Shown here: in pieces, positions 9,267 to 22,176 of the stretch
How the letters are laid out: each line of letters begins with the position of its first letter
Position numbering within the stretch: position 1 is the first letter of the stretch
NCBI GenBank assembly: GCA_027036135.1
Contig: JALVSY010000016.1
Location: 256,001-320,000 of the forward strand
DNA: 64,000 nt
Direction of reading: 5' to 3'
From: Pyrodictiaceae archaeon
GTDB lineage: Archaea; Thermoproteota; Thermoprotei_A; Sulfolobales; Pyrodictiaceae
The notes under the pieces: model-generated
Database searches by the model: none
Told to the model about the DNA's origin: nothing
The model's input: only the letters and a program-made list of their open reading frames with translations
Position numbers and translations under genes: made by a program

Positions 9267-9667
9267 CGAGGCCTATGTATCTGTTTGATGCCTCAAGCGT
9301 TGTTAGAGCGTTCAAAGAAGCTAAACTAGTGCCATTGGGTGGTCAGGCATTACAATGGCTAACAGTGTACGAGGTTCTTAACGCTTTTTGGAAAGAGGCC
9401 TATCTGTTGCACAGGCTTGACCCGGAGGAGGCTAGCTCCCTAGTTAGCGACTTTGCAGAACTAATCCAGGAGATGCTCATACTCGAGCCTATGGGCCTCG
9501 AGGGAGACATTTTCCGGATAGCAGTTTCTAAGGGGATAACAGTTTATGACGCATCCTACATAGCCCTAGCCGCAAAGCATAATCTAATACTTGTGACAGA
9601 GGACCAAAAATTATCTCGTACTGCGAGCAGCATGGTCAAGGTAGTGAGTCTAAGCGATATTACATAG
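9263..9667 (+). CDS. VapC PIN-domain toxin
   Basis: YLFDASS, YEVLNA, ITVYDASYIALA, LVTED.KL. Confidence 0.88.
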   Translation: MTRPMYLFDASSVVRAFKEAKLVPLGGQALQWLTVYEVLNAFWKEAYLLHRLDPEEASSLVSDFAELIQEMLILEPMGLEGDIFRIAVSKGITVYDASYIALAAKHNLILVTEDQKLSRTASSMVKVVSLSDIT

Positions 9668-10002
9668 GGTTGATAAATTTCCTTAACTAGGTCAGCACCG
9701 ATTAACACACTTATACTTTCTTTCACATTTCTCACGCTTATCGATACACCTATGTCTCTCGACCAAGCTGTTGAGACTCCTAGAAGATGTGTCGCTAAGC
9801 CCGTAAACCTGCAACAACTATGTAGCCGGGTGATACCAGGAGCCTCTGTAAGACAGCTATGGGGACGACCCCATGTACATCACCTGGGAACATCTTTAAT
9901 AATTCTCGTGAATTCTTATAGGCTCAACACTTATCCCATAGTTGGTGTAATAATTAGGGGCTTACCGGGTTGCTCTATAGTGGCTAGTTATTGTTTGCTC
10001 CA

Positions 10003-10338
10003 TTATTCCTTACCGCAATCGAGATACTTGATGAGTATTGCTGCTGGTTGGCCCCCGAATGGCTTATAGTCTTCTATTATCTCGTAGAGCCGGAATCCCC
10101 TGCTCTCATAGAACTTTAGTGTCCGTAGGTAGGGCTCGTAATCCATGCCCCCATACGTCTTGACTGTGAGGACTGGTTTCCTCCTATGGCACGCGTACTC
10201 AGCGGCTGCGTTGACGAGGAGCGTGCCTAGGCCCTTGCCCTGGAAGCCTTTCTCGACAGCTAGCCACGCTATCTCTAGGCAGCACTCCCTCTCCTCGAGT
10301 AGCACAAAGCCGCGGACAACACCATTGATCCTGGCCAC
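10003..10338 (-). CDS. GNAT-family N-acetyltransferase (5' end uncertain)
   Basis: LAVEKGFQGKGLGTLLV acetyl-CoA motif, FYESRGF; frame stays open ~60 codons upstream without a standard start. Confidence 0.75.
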   Translation of the reverse strand: MARINGVVRGFVLLEERECCLEIAWLAVEKGFQGKGLGTLLVNAAAEYACHRRKPVLTVKTYGGMDYEPYLRTLKFYESRGFRLYEIIEDYKPFGGQPAAILIKYLDCGKE

Positions 10339-10573
10339 GAAGCCGGGTAGGTGCCTCGCAGCACTCTCTACCTCTCTAACAGCGCCTGGGGTAAACCGCT
10401 CTGGGAGACCATGAACTATCTCAATAACTTTTTCGGCATTACTGCTGCTTAGCTTCTCGATGCACGCATGCTGCGTGGTCGCTTCGCCCTCGGCACTCCA
10501 AGCACTGGGACGTGAGCCAACCTTCTAGCTTGATTGCGTTTTTACTAACACTTATGGATGTAATGGATTAGGC

Positions 10574-11494
10574 TTAACTTGGATACTTCCCTACTATGTC
10601 TTTGATTTCTTTTTCTCTAGGAACGCTGTGTGATCCTAGCCTAGATACTTTGAGTGCTGCTACTAGTGAGGCGTATTGTAGTGCTTCGAGGAGATCGGTT
10701 CCTTGTGCTACTTTTAGCAAGGTTGCTGCTGCGAATGCGTCTCCGGCGCCGGTAGTGTCTACTACACGTGGTGCTGGGTACGGCTCTATGTGTTTTTGTC
10801 CCCTGGTTCCGTAGTAGAGTGCTCCTTTTTCGCCCATCTTGACTACTACGTGTCCTGGACCGTGTTTTGCTATCGTCTTGGCTGCTTCTAGTGGCTCTTT
10901 CCCGGTCATAGCTTTTGCCTCTACTTGGTTGAGGAATACTATGTCTACGTATCGGAGCAATGGGCTTAGCTTCACTAGGCCTAGCTGGGCTAGCCTCCTA
11001 CCAGGGTCCCATGATACTATTGCGTTGCTCTGTTTTGCTAGCTGTGCTGCCTTTATGGAGGTGTCCAGTCTTAGGCTTGCTATATGTACCGTCTTGGCGT
11101 CGCTTATTAGATCCGCATCTACCTCGCCTGGTTCCAGGTCATCAGCTACCCCTTTGTGGCCGTAAATGGTTATATCCCCGCTCCGCGTGATGACTACTAT
11201 GCTGAAGCCCGTCTTGCCCTGGGCGCTTATTCTTAGCCCGCGTAGGTCTACTTTGTTCCTCCATAGCTCCTCGTATACTATTCGGCCAAACTGGTCAAAG
11301 CCTATTTTTGCCACGATGCCGCTGCTCCCGCCGAGCCTCGCCACGTCTATCGCTACGTTGACTGCTGAGCCTCCTGCTCCTCGATTTTCCTCTTTTATCT
11401 CTGCCTCCTCGTCTGGCCCTGGGAACTTGTCAACAATTATTCTTATATCGACAAGGGCATGGCCGACAGCCACTACGTCTAGTTGTTTATTCAT
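10574..11494 (-). CDS. PfkB/ribokinase-family carbohydrate kinase
   Basis: GGSAVNVA, DPG, N..EA, VDTTGAGDAF. Confidence 0.9.
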   Translation of the reverse strand: MNKQLDVVAVGHALVDIRIIVDKFPGPDEEAEIKEENRGAGGSAVNVAIDVARLGGSSGIVAKIGFDQFGRIVYEELWRNKVDLRGLRISAQGKTGFSIVVITRSGDITIYGHKGVADDLEPGEVDADLISDAKTVHIASLRLDTSIKAAQLAKQSNAIVSWDPGRRLAQLGLVKLSPLLRYVDIVFLNQVEAKAMTGKEPLEAAKTIAKHGPGHVVVKMGEKGALYYGTRGQKHIEPYPAPRVVDTTGAGDAFAAATLLKVAQGTDLLEALQYASLVAALKVSRLGSHSVPREKEIKDIVGKYPS

Positions 11495-12309
11495 TTGAGT
11501 CCCTCCGCTGCCTCCTCGGGGCTCATTTCGCCCACTAGTACTGTTTTACACGCTTTTGCCATTGCCTCGATGTCTTTGGCTTGGAAGATGTTCCTCCCAA
11601 CTACTGCTCCCGCTGCTCCCGCGTCCCTGACTGCCTTGAGGTCTCGGAGGAACTCTAGGGGCTTGTCTCTCTTTGGGCCACCACTCATCATTACTGGTAC
11701 TCCGGCAGCTGCTTCAACGACTTTGGCGAAGGACTCCTTGCTACCAGTATAGTATGTCTTTATTAGGTCTGCTCCGACCTGTACAGCGGCCCTTACCCCA
11801 TAGAGCACGATCTCGGGGGCATAGCGATTGCTTATCGTGGGGCCACGTGGATAGGCTAGCTGGAGCACTGGCAGGCCATATGCCTCGGCTGCCTCTCTTA
11901 TAGCAACCCAGCGCCTAAGCATCATATCCTCCATGGGGCTTCCCCAGTAAATTGTTGCCGCGACAGCGTCTGCGCCAAGCCTTACAGCATCCTCTACAGT
12001 ACCTATGACGCTCTGCAACAATCTCTCATCGGGCGGGCGGAGATTAGTCTTGCTAGTGATCTTGACTATAAGCGATGTCCTACCGGTCCAGATGTCGGCA
12101 AATAGTTTGGCATCGCCAGGTGTAAGCATGACGGCGTCAACACCAGCGCTGATTACTCTCTCCAAGATAGTTCTCGGGTTAAGCCTATCCTCGGGAAAAT
12201 CGCTTGGGCCGTGCTCGAACCAGTGATCAAAAGCGAAGATTAATGTACCTCTAGGATCTATTATTCTCTCAAGGCGTGCTTTCTTCCCGACAGAGGAATA
12301 AGATACCAT
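11491..12309 (-). CDS. Archaeal class I (DhnA-type) fructose-bisphosphate aldolase family
   Basis: AFDH..EHGP, GADAV, AYPRGP, GADLIKTYY (Schiff-base Lys), SGGPK, VGRNIFQ. Confidence 0.85.
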   Translation of the reverse strand: MVSYSSVGKKARLERIIDPRGTLIFAFDHWFEHGPSDFPEDRLNPRTILERVISAGVDAVMLTPGDAKLFADIWTGRTSLIVKITSKTNLRPPDERLLQSVIGTVEDAVRLGADAVAATIYWGSPMEDMMLRRWVAIREAAEAYGLPVLQLAYPRGPTISNRYAPEIVLYGVRAAVQVGADLIKTYYTGSKESFAKVVEAAAGVPVMMSGGPKRDKPLEFLRDLKAVRDAGAAGAVVGRNIFQAKDIEAMAKACKTVLVGEMSPEEAAEGLK

Positions 12310-12396
12310 GCTGCACCTACCTAGCTTAAAATGTTAGGCTTACCATACACCTATATTATTTATCTCACAATTCAAATTCAATTACTAAGAGGCTGC

Positions 12397-13266
12397 CTAG
12401 CGCATTGCTAGCCACCAATTACACCCAATATACATGATTATAGAGCCAATCCCTATTAGAAAGATCCCGGCCACGACAGGCAACGTTAATACCGCCGCTA
12501 CCGGGTCCTTGCGGGCAATCAGCTTATAAGTCGTCGCCAACGCTACTCCTATGCCCCCAATAACATAGTACGCCGCGAGTGCCTCCCACTTAGGGCCCCA
12601 GCTATCGGGTCTCCAATGTGACGTGAAATGCGTAGGCACCCTATTAGGTATGAAGGGATAGATAATTATTCCTAGCAGAATATAAGCTATCGAGGCTACA
12701 AGGAGCATTTGCGCAATTGTATTCGAGATACTGGTTCTAAAGCCCGGTTTACTTTGCTTATCTGTAGGTGCTCGTGCTAGAAGGACTATATCCTTTAGCT
12801 TAGAGGGTGCGTCACCGCCCACGTAGATAACGCTCCCATCTACGAGTCTCAGCTCAACAAGGTTATCAAGTCTCTCAGAGAATATGTAGGCCCGTCCAAC
12901 ATCTTTGACTTCATAATACCCGGAATAGAACACACCGGGTACGGCTGTTCCTCCAAGCCTAATCACCGGCCGTGCCTTATCGACAATTCTTGCCCCAACA
13001 ATATTCTCTAAAGGTACATCTATGCTGCCGCAAATTCCTAAACCTATTCGCACAACATTCCTCTTAACACTAACCCTTACAGTGCAAAGCTTGTCGAGAA
13101 ACGCCAAGAAAACAAAGAGCCCCATGACCAGCGCCATGCCTAAAAGCATGAATAACGCCGCAGGACGACATGGTGGGGCAAAACCACTATATCCTAGGAA
13201 AATAGTCACAACCATCACTATCAGTATCATTAAGATTCTGCCCACAAGCCTAGTATACGACACCAA
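12397..13266 (-). CDS. Membrane protein with bacterial-PH-like and DUF1648 (SdpI-like) domains
   Basis: TM segments; RLGGTAVPG...GYY; P.RVPTHF...PDSWGPK. Confidence 0.65.
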   Translation of the reverse strand: MVSYTRLVGRILMILIVMVVTIFLGYSGFAPPCRPAALFMLLGMALVMGLFVFLAFLDKLCTVRVSVKRNVVRIGLGICGSIDVPLENIVGARIVDKARPVIRLGGTAVPGVFYSGYYEVKDVGRAYIFSERLDNLVELRLVDGSVIYVGGDAPSKLKDIVLLARAPTDKQSKPGFRTSISNTIAQMLLVASIAYILLGIIIYPFIPNRVPTHFTSHWRPDSWGPKWEALAAYYVIGGIGVALATTYKLIARKDPVAAVLTLPVVAGIFLIGIGSIIMYIGCNWWLAMR

Positions 13267-13385
13267 TACTCACAGCCTCACTATTAACAAGATTATAATA
13301 GGTATATAATAATCCTATATAGTAGCTGGCAAGATCGCAAGCTATGAGCCTGCTAGGTGGTGGACAAGGAGCCTAGGCGACGCGT

Positions 13386-13919
13386 ATGGACATCGTCTAT
13401 ACAGTTGGGCACTCCAATAGGAGCCTCCAGGAGCTACTTGGCCTTCTTAAGCGTAAAGGAATAGAGCTTGTCATAGATATTCGCCGGTTCCCGGGTAGCC
13501 GTAAGTTTCCATGGTTTAATAGGAAGAATCTAGAACATGAGCTAGGCCGTATTGGGGCAGAGTACCTGTGGCTCGGTGATAGGCTTGGTGGTTTCCGCCG
13601 CTTCGGTGTCGATGTTGAGGACACTGATGGTGCGACTTGTTTTACTTCGCCGGGTTTCCGTGCGTACGCGTTATACGTGACAACTAATCCCTATGCGTGG
13701 GAGGCTGTGCTCCGCGTAGAGGAGCTAGCTAGGAGCAAGAGGGTTGCCTTGTTGTGTCGTGAGAGGCTTCCTTGGCGTTGTCACCGCAAGATATTGTCCG
13801 ATATTCTCGTGCTTCACGGATTCACGGTCTACCATATAATTGATGAGAATAGAGTTATTAGGCACAAGCCTGCTAAATGCGCTAAGCTCTTACCAGATGG
13901 CCATGTTTTCTATACTTAG
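13386..13919 (+). CDS. DUF488 family protein
   Basis: YTVGHSNRS, DIRRFPGS, LGG.R, LLC.E..PWRCHR. Confidence 0.85.
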   Translation: MDIVYTVGHSNRSLQELLGLLKRKGIELVIDIRRFPGSRKFPWFNRKNLEHELGRIGAEYLWLGDRLGGFRRFGVDVEDTDGATCFTSPGFRAYALYVTTNPYAWEAVLRVEELARSKRVALLCRERLPWRCHRKILSDILVLHGFTVYHIIDENRVIRHKPAKCAKLLPDGHVFYT

Positions 13920-13924
13920 CCTAC

Positions 13925-14923
13925 TTATTTTCTTATTTTCTCTAGGCTTTTGGCTGGCTTCTCCGGGCTACTATGTATAGCTCCTAGATAGAGTTCTCGT
14001 AGCCTTGCAGTGATGCTTGGGCTTAGTCGTGGGAGCCTCAGGGAGTTGATGTATTCTCTTAGCCTTGACTTGTCCTTAGCTATGATTATTACTGTGTCTA
14101 TGGGAGCACTGTCTAGCGCGAATCTTATAGCTATTTGCCCCGGGGTTCCAGGCAGCGTTGCTATGATTTTCTTCATCTCGTTGTAGAGCTGGAAGGCCCA
14201 GCTATACCACCCACGCCTCCTCAATACGCGGTGATCTCGTAGCTTCTTCTCCTCGCCAGGCCTTATGCTCTCATCTAGTACCCCTCCTGCATGAGGTACC
14301 CTGGCTATCGTCCCTACTTTCTTCTCAGCAGCGAGCCGGGCTATTGTGAAGCCAGGCTCTTGTTCAAGCATGTTGTACACGAATTGTAGTGCCTGTGTCT
14401 CCTCGTGGCTTAGGGCTTCTATTGCGTGCTCAAGTACATCTGTCTCTGGGCCAAGCGCTACACCGATGGCCTTGGCGTAGCCCTCGTCGTGTATCCTCTC
14501 AAGGGTTCTCCAGAGAGCCCTGCTTCTCAGAACCTCCAATGGAGGATTATGCACCTGGACAAGATCTATTGGCTTCTTGCAGAGCCTCTCACTGCTCCTC
14601 TCCACAGCGCTTATCAAGTACTCAGGGTCGTATCGCCGCGGCGGAGGAGCCTCCCCGCTATAGAAGTCATACCCTATCTTGGTCGCAACGATTATTCTCT
14701 TGACACCTTTCTCGCCGAAAGCCTTGCATAATAGCTCTTCTCCGTAGCCATTGCCGTACACATCCGCTGTATCATAGAAGTTTACTCCAAGGCTCTCGGC
14801 GTAGCGAAGCAGCTCTATAGCCTCCTCCTCACCCACATCGCCATAGAGACCGGTGAGACTGTATACTCCAAACCCTATCCTTGACACGCGCAGACCCGTA
14901 CGTCCCAGGACCCTATACTCCAT
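13925..14923 (-). CDS. Aldo/keto reductase
   Basis: LGRTGL.VS.IGFG, DTADVYG.G..EE, ATK, IDL.Q.H, Q..YN. Confidence 0.9.
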   Translation of the reverse strand: MEYRVLGRTGLRVSRIGFGVYSLTGLYGDVGEEEAIELLRYAESLGVNFYDTADVYGNGYGEELLCKAFGEKGVKRIIVATKIGYDFYSGEAPPPRRYDPEYLISAVERSSERLCKKPIDLVQVHNPPLEVLRSRALWRTLERIHDEGYAKAIGVALGPETDVLEHAIEALSHEETQALQFVYNMLEQEPGFTIARLAAEKKVGTIARVPHAGGVLDESIRPGEEKKLRDHRVLRRRGWYSWAFQLYNEMKKIIATLPGTPGQIAIRFALDSAPIDTVIIIAKDKSRLREYINSLRLPRLSPSITARLRELYLGAIHSSPEKPAKSLEKIRK

Positions 14924-15033
14924 GCGCCCGGGTCACCCTCGGCTCAACGACATAGAAGCTGGGACCAAGACGCTACGAAGGAGTAAAGAAGCATTAACTA
15001 ATGACGAGAAAAGAAAGGCAGTATGGGCTTGTT

Positions 15034-17890
<2,857 letters not shown>

Positions 17891-18071
17891 TGTCTCCTCT
17901 CGTTAGAGGCTCTCTTACCATGTTTTCACGTGTTAAAAGAACCCACCTTATATCTTTAACGAGTGTTTACATTAGGCTATGGCAGATACGGGGATACCAC
18001 ACAATTACAAAGAACATTAAAACAAGAATTAAGAGGTTAGAAGAAGAACGATCTATTGGAAAAAGTTAAGG

Positions 18072-18686
18072 CTACTGAAATGTTACCTTTCTGTTCTTTA
18101 GGCTGCGGTTCAGTAGATCCGCGTGCTCCAGTGTTACTTGGTACTCTGCTAGCTTCTCTAGCTTGGTCTCGCCGTTCTCTATCTTTACCTTATTCACGTA
18201 TACCTTGCCTTCATCGAAGCCTACTGTGTAGACGTATAGGTCTTTGCTGCTTAGGTATTTCTTTACCTCCTCGTCCTTTAGTGCCTCTGCTACGCCACCA
18301 GCAGCAAATATTCTTACGTGGAACACTATTGTTCCTGGAATGTTCTCTTTAGCTGCCGCTTTGAGTAACTTGACGAAGCTCTCCTTTACTTTCTCTATTG
18401 GGTCCTCGCCACCGAACTGAAGTAGTACTACTTGTGCTCCGAACTCCTTTACGCGCTTAGCTACCTCTTCCTCGTTCTTGCCTAGCTCTACCATGAAGTG
18501 ATATGTCACGCCACCGCCATGATCTAGGAATGCCGCCTCTGTTGCCGTTGCTATACTGCTGCATATTATGTTCTTAGGAGCTACTACTGCTAGTTTGTTC
18601 ACTCCTAGGTCTGCTAGAGCTTTGCCCACCAGCCTACCAGTTAGGGCTCTTAGGTAGATTTCTTCCTCGAACGTGGTTAGAGCCAC
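18072..18686 (-). CDS. Hypothetical alpha/beta protein
   Basis: 204-aa ORF with GGTGAG RBS, TATA-like box upstream, strongly biased codon usage; family not recognised. Confidence 0.75.
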   Translation of the reverse strand: MALTTFEEEIYLRALTGRLVGKALADLGVNKLAVVAPKNIICSSIATATEAAFLDHGGGVTYHFMVELGKNEEEVAKRVKEFGAQVVLLQFGGEDPIEKVKESFVKLLKAAAKENIPGTIVFHVRIFAAGGVAEALKDEEVKKYLSSKDLYVYTVGFDEGKVYVNKVKIENGETKLEKLAEYQVTLEHADLLNRSLKNRKVTFQ

Positions 18687-18929
18687 AGTTTCTCACCGTA
18701 CCCGATACGGTTTCGGAACACTATTTATTTTCAACGCCAGTTAATATAAACACCTGTTACAAACAAGTATGGAACATAACAAGAATATTACTTATTAATT
18801 TCTAGAACAAAGAATGAGAATAGAATACAAAAGATAGTTGCTTATAAATTCATAGAGAATAGTTATAGAAAAAATAATAATTACTAATCATTGACAAGAT
18901 AAAAATACAAAACGCTAAAAGATAAAGTT

Positions 18930-20342
18930 CTAATATTGTTTCTCTTCTGCTGTAATTGCTTGCTTCGCTTTTGTTGCGGTAGGCCATAATAATACGTAGA
19001 TAACAAAGTACGCTGCCGCTGCTAACAAGAATGCTAGAAACGCTATTGTTAACGCTTTCACAGGCGTTATTACGGCTAATTGATTCACCGGGCTCATTAC
19101 TGAACTCGCTTGCGGGAATAACTTAGCTATACCCATAGCCTTCAATATATGATAAGTAGTTGGCGTTGTATCTAAGAGAACTACTGAGTTTATTGTACTA
19201 ACAATTGTAGGAAGATACTGCTTCGGTATATGTATACCGTAGCTCGCTAGCTTATTTAGAGCTATATGACCCGTTAATATGTCAGGCCACGCTGCCACGA
19301 AGAAGGGATACTGACTAAACGCGTTAAGGAGTTCTCCAGCAGCTATAGTAGCTATACCAATTATTCCGCCGAATAATAGTACTTTTGCATGCCTCTTTGT
19401 TAATCTATTGCCAAGAAGAGCTGGGAGCGAATAAGCTAGGGCAAATATTTGGATCGCTACAAATACCATCTTTAATACAAAGAGCCATGATACATTGTAG
19501 TAGGCTTTACCTCCATCAACACTCCAGCCAAGAGGAGCAAATATATTATTAAACTTATAAGGGATATTCTCTAAGCTTATAGTATACCAGATCCCCAAAG
19601 GAATCATCAAGCCTAATCCTATTGCTGCAGGCTTAGCTAACATTTTTGCAACTTTTAAGGCTCCGCGTTTTTCTTCATCGTCCCCTGATAGGAAGTACTT
19701 ATAGACCATTGCACCTATTACTACAAGCGATGTTACAGTGAAAGCACCTACTATGCTCTTAAGATATAACGGCCAAAATGTAGGATTCTTAGTAATAGCA
19801 TCTACAACATTTAGATAGAACTTATGATGCACCGGATCATAGCCAAGCCCTGCTGGTATATTTAAGAATGCGAATACCGCTCTGAAGCCAAACGGTATTA
19901 GTAATGCCGATATACCTAGCAAGAACCCTATGAAATAATGTGCCTTCCTACTCCAGCGGTCCCATCCGTACCAAAACGCTGATATACTAAAGAAGTGCAG
20001 CACTATCATTAGTATAGCTATACCGAACGGTATCAATGTTATACTGCCAGCAAATCTAAGAAAGTGTGGATAAAAACTTAGTAGGAATACTGTAAATGCC
20101 GTCGCAAATACTCCTCCAACACCATAAGTTGCAGCATAGAATCGCATAAGAGACTTAGCAGGTTTCTCTAGCTCTTTTTCGCCTCTATCGGCTCTCCACT
20201 TAATATATGGTATTAGCCAAGCTAACCCCATTCCTAGATTAACCATAGTTATATGTATGGTAAATACTAGTGCAAGCATTATTGGTGCATAGCCCACCAT
20301 TATCTCCTCACCATTTTTGAGCAAGTTATCTATGTCATACAT
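18930..20342 (-). CDS. Cytochrome bd oxidase second subunit of CydA-paralog type (CydA'); likely start ATG 20300
   Basis: Polytopic membrane protein homologous to the upstream CydA (FTIHI, YGVGGVFAT, WYGWD, .ELLN..SQYPF); not CydB-like. Confidence 0.75.
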   Translation of the reverse strand: MYDIDNLLKNGEEIMVGYAPIMLALVFTIHITMVNLGMGLAWLIPYIKWRADRGEKELEKPAKSLMRFYAATYGVGGVFATAFTVFLLSFYPHFLRFAGSITLIPFGIAILMIVLHFFSISAFWYGWDRWSRKAHYFIGFLLGISALLIPFGFRAVFAFLNIPAGLGYDPVHHKFYLNVVDAITKNPTFWPLYLKSIVGAFTVTSLVVIGAMVYKYFLSGDDEEKRGALKVAKMLAKPAAIGLGLMIPLGIWYTISLENIPYKFNNIFAPLGWSVDGGKAYYNVSWLFVLKMVFVAIQIFALAYSLPALLGNRLTKRHAKVLLFGGIIGIATIAAGELLNAFSQYPFFVAAWPDILTGHIALNKLASYGIHIPKQYLPTIVSTINSVVLLDTTPTTYHILKAMGIAKLFPQASSVMSPVNQLAVITPVKALTIAFLAFLLAAAAYFVIYVLLWPTATKAKQAITAEEKQY

Positions 20343-20391
20343 GGTACATAATTATAAAATATTTAGATAAATAATATAAGTTAATTAAAAA

Positions 20392-22176
20392 TTACCTAGT
20401 TTGGGGTTTTCCAGGTACCCATAGTATTCGGTAAACTGCATATACCAAGCCAAATGCTATTGCTAAGAAGAACACCGCCACCAAAGCAAGTTCCCAGGTC
20501 GGCGGGGCATTAGGTGTTATTATCTCATCAACAGTTACTAAGCCATATATTGCCCATGGTAGTCTACCAGTCTCTCTTACAATCCATCCCATTGTACTCA
20601 CTGTCTGTGCTATTACTGCTGCAACTGGTGCTAATCTCAGCCAGAACCTTGAGGGTATTGTACTTCCTCTTATTCCCACTATATTTAATGTCTTATCTAT
20701 AAGGCTCCATTTGTCTCTAATAACTATGAGCGCTACTATAAGAGCGTAGAATCCTATCAGTAGTGCTAGTCCTATCTTTGTATAGTATACATAATGGATT
20801 TCAATTGGTGGTTTACAAGGCTCTGGAGGCATTCCATTAAGCTTACAGTAATTAGCTGGTATTTTATCATAGCTTGGCAACTTGGCGCTCAATGATCCGT
20901 ACGCTAGTAGCGGCATTATCTTGTCTGTACCTAGGAGTCTTGATAGACTAAATATGTGTTTTGAAGTGCCCTCCATTGCTGCGAACTTCTCTGGTTCCCA
21001 ATGAGCTACTGCACGCCCCATCTCATGGCCAGCTATGAATCCTTGATAAGCTATAACTATGGCTGTAAATACAGCTGCAAATTTAAAGGCTTTCTCGATG
21101 TAGCGACGGTACTCTGGGTCAGCGTTTTCTGGCATTTTGAGCAGGCGCAGTGCATATCCAGCCAGTACAGTAAATCCAGTTACTGTTAATCCGGCACCAA
21201 TACCATGCATTAATGTGGGAATATAAACGGGGCTCTTAAAGGCGAAGCTCATTATACCAACATGTCTCATCCATACATTTATTATATAGGTTAGGATGTT
21301 CTTTACTGGTATGTTAAGTAATAGCTGTGCTGGTGTAGTTTTTGTCCCAGCCAAGGCAAGACTACTTATTGGTATACCAAGCTTAGCTGCAAGTTCTTTT
21401 ACTTGATTCAGAGTTAGGTGCTGAACTGTAGTTTTATTGATGAAGCTAGCCAATATGCTATTCTTGAGCTTCGCTCCATTAAAGTATTCTCTCATTAACT
21501 CCTGCATAATGTTCGACGGGATGGCTACCTTTACAGCATCCTTAGTTGAGCCTAGTATGCTTACATGAACCATTTTTAGCGCTGTTATATTTAGTAATGG
21601 TATTATATCCTTAGGTATGTATAGCATTATTTTTGGATAACCTTGACTATAGAGATATGTGCCATTTGGTATATATGCTGGCATTATACCGTATGGAGCT
21701 GTCATAGCACTGTTTACACTAAGTATCATAGCACCGCTATACCAAGGCCCTATAAATCCTAGTAGTGCAATCGCTGCTAGCACTTTTGGCGAGAATTTAT
21801 TCCATCCATACCATAACATGTAAAGGAATATCACTTCTAGCATGAATGCAAATATCTCCGCATAGAATGGGAAATAAACTCCAGTAGCACCACCAATCTC
21901 AACAAAACGTGGCCATAAAAGCACCAAGCCAAATTCTACCAAGGTACCAGTAGCAGCACCTACCGCAAACACTATTATGAAGCCTTTAGCAAGAGTTCTT
22001 GCTATCCGCATCCAAACTGCATCCTTAGTACGCAGATAGAATAAGAGTGCTAGGAAAACCATAAATGGCAAGCCCAGCACATACTGAAGGATAATCCAGT
22101 GTATATCAATCCCTATAAACGATAATATCCTATCTCCCAGCGGGGAAAACTGCGTCCAATGAACAACGGCACTCAT
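20392..22176 (-). CDS. cydA: Cytochrome bd ubiquinol oxidase subunit I
   Basis: DIHW, FAVGAATGT..EF, E.FAF..E, EPEKFAAMEG Q-loop, GWIVRETGRLPW. Confidence 0.9.
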   Translation of the reverse strand: MSAVVHWTQFSPLGDRILSFIGIDIHWIILQYVLGLPFMVFLALLFYLRTKDAVWMRIARTLAKGFIIVFAVGAATGTLVEFGLVLLWPRFVEIGGATGVYFPFYAEIFAFMLEVIFLYMLWYGWNKFSPKVLAAIALLGFIGPWYSGAMILSVNSAMTAPYGIMPAYIPNGTYLYSQGYPKIMLYIPKDIIPLLNITALKMVHVSILGSTKDAVKVAIPSNIMQELMREYFNGAKLKNSILASFINKTTVQHLTLNQVKELAAKLGIPISSLALAGTKTTPAQLLLNIPVKNILTYIINVWMRHVGIMSFAFKSPVYIPTLMHGIGAGLTVTGFTVLAGYALRLLKMPENADPEYRRYIEKAFKFAAVFTAIVIAYQGFIAGHEMGRAVAHWEPEKFAAMEGTSKHIFSLSRLLGTDKIMPLLAYGSLSAKLPSYDKIPANYCKLNGMPPEPCKPPIEIHYVYYTKIGLALLIGFYALIVALIVIRDKWSLIDKTLNIVGIRGSTIPSRFWLRLAPVAAVIAQTVSTMGWIVRETGRLPWAIYGLVTVDEIITPNAPPTWELALVAVFFLAIAFGLVYAVYRILWVPGKPQTR

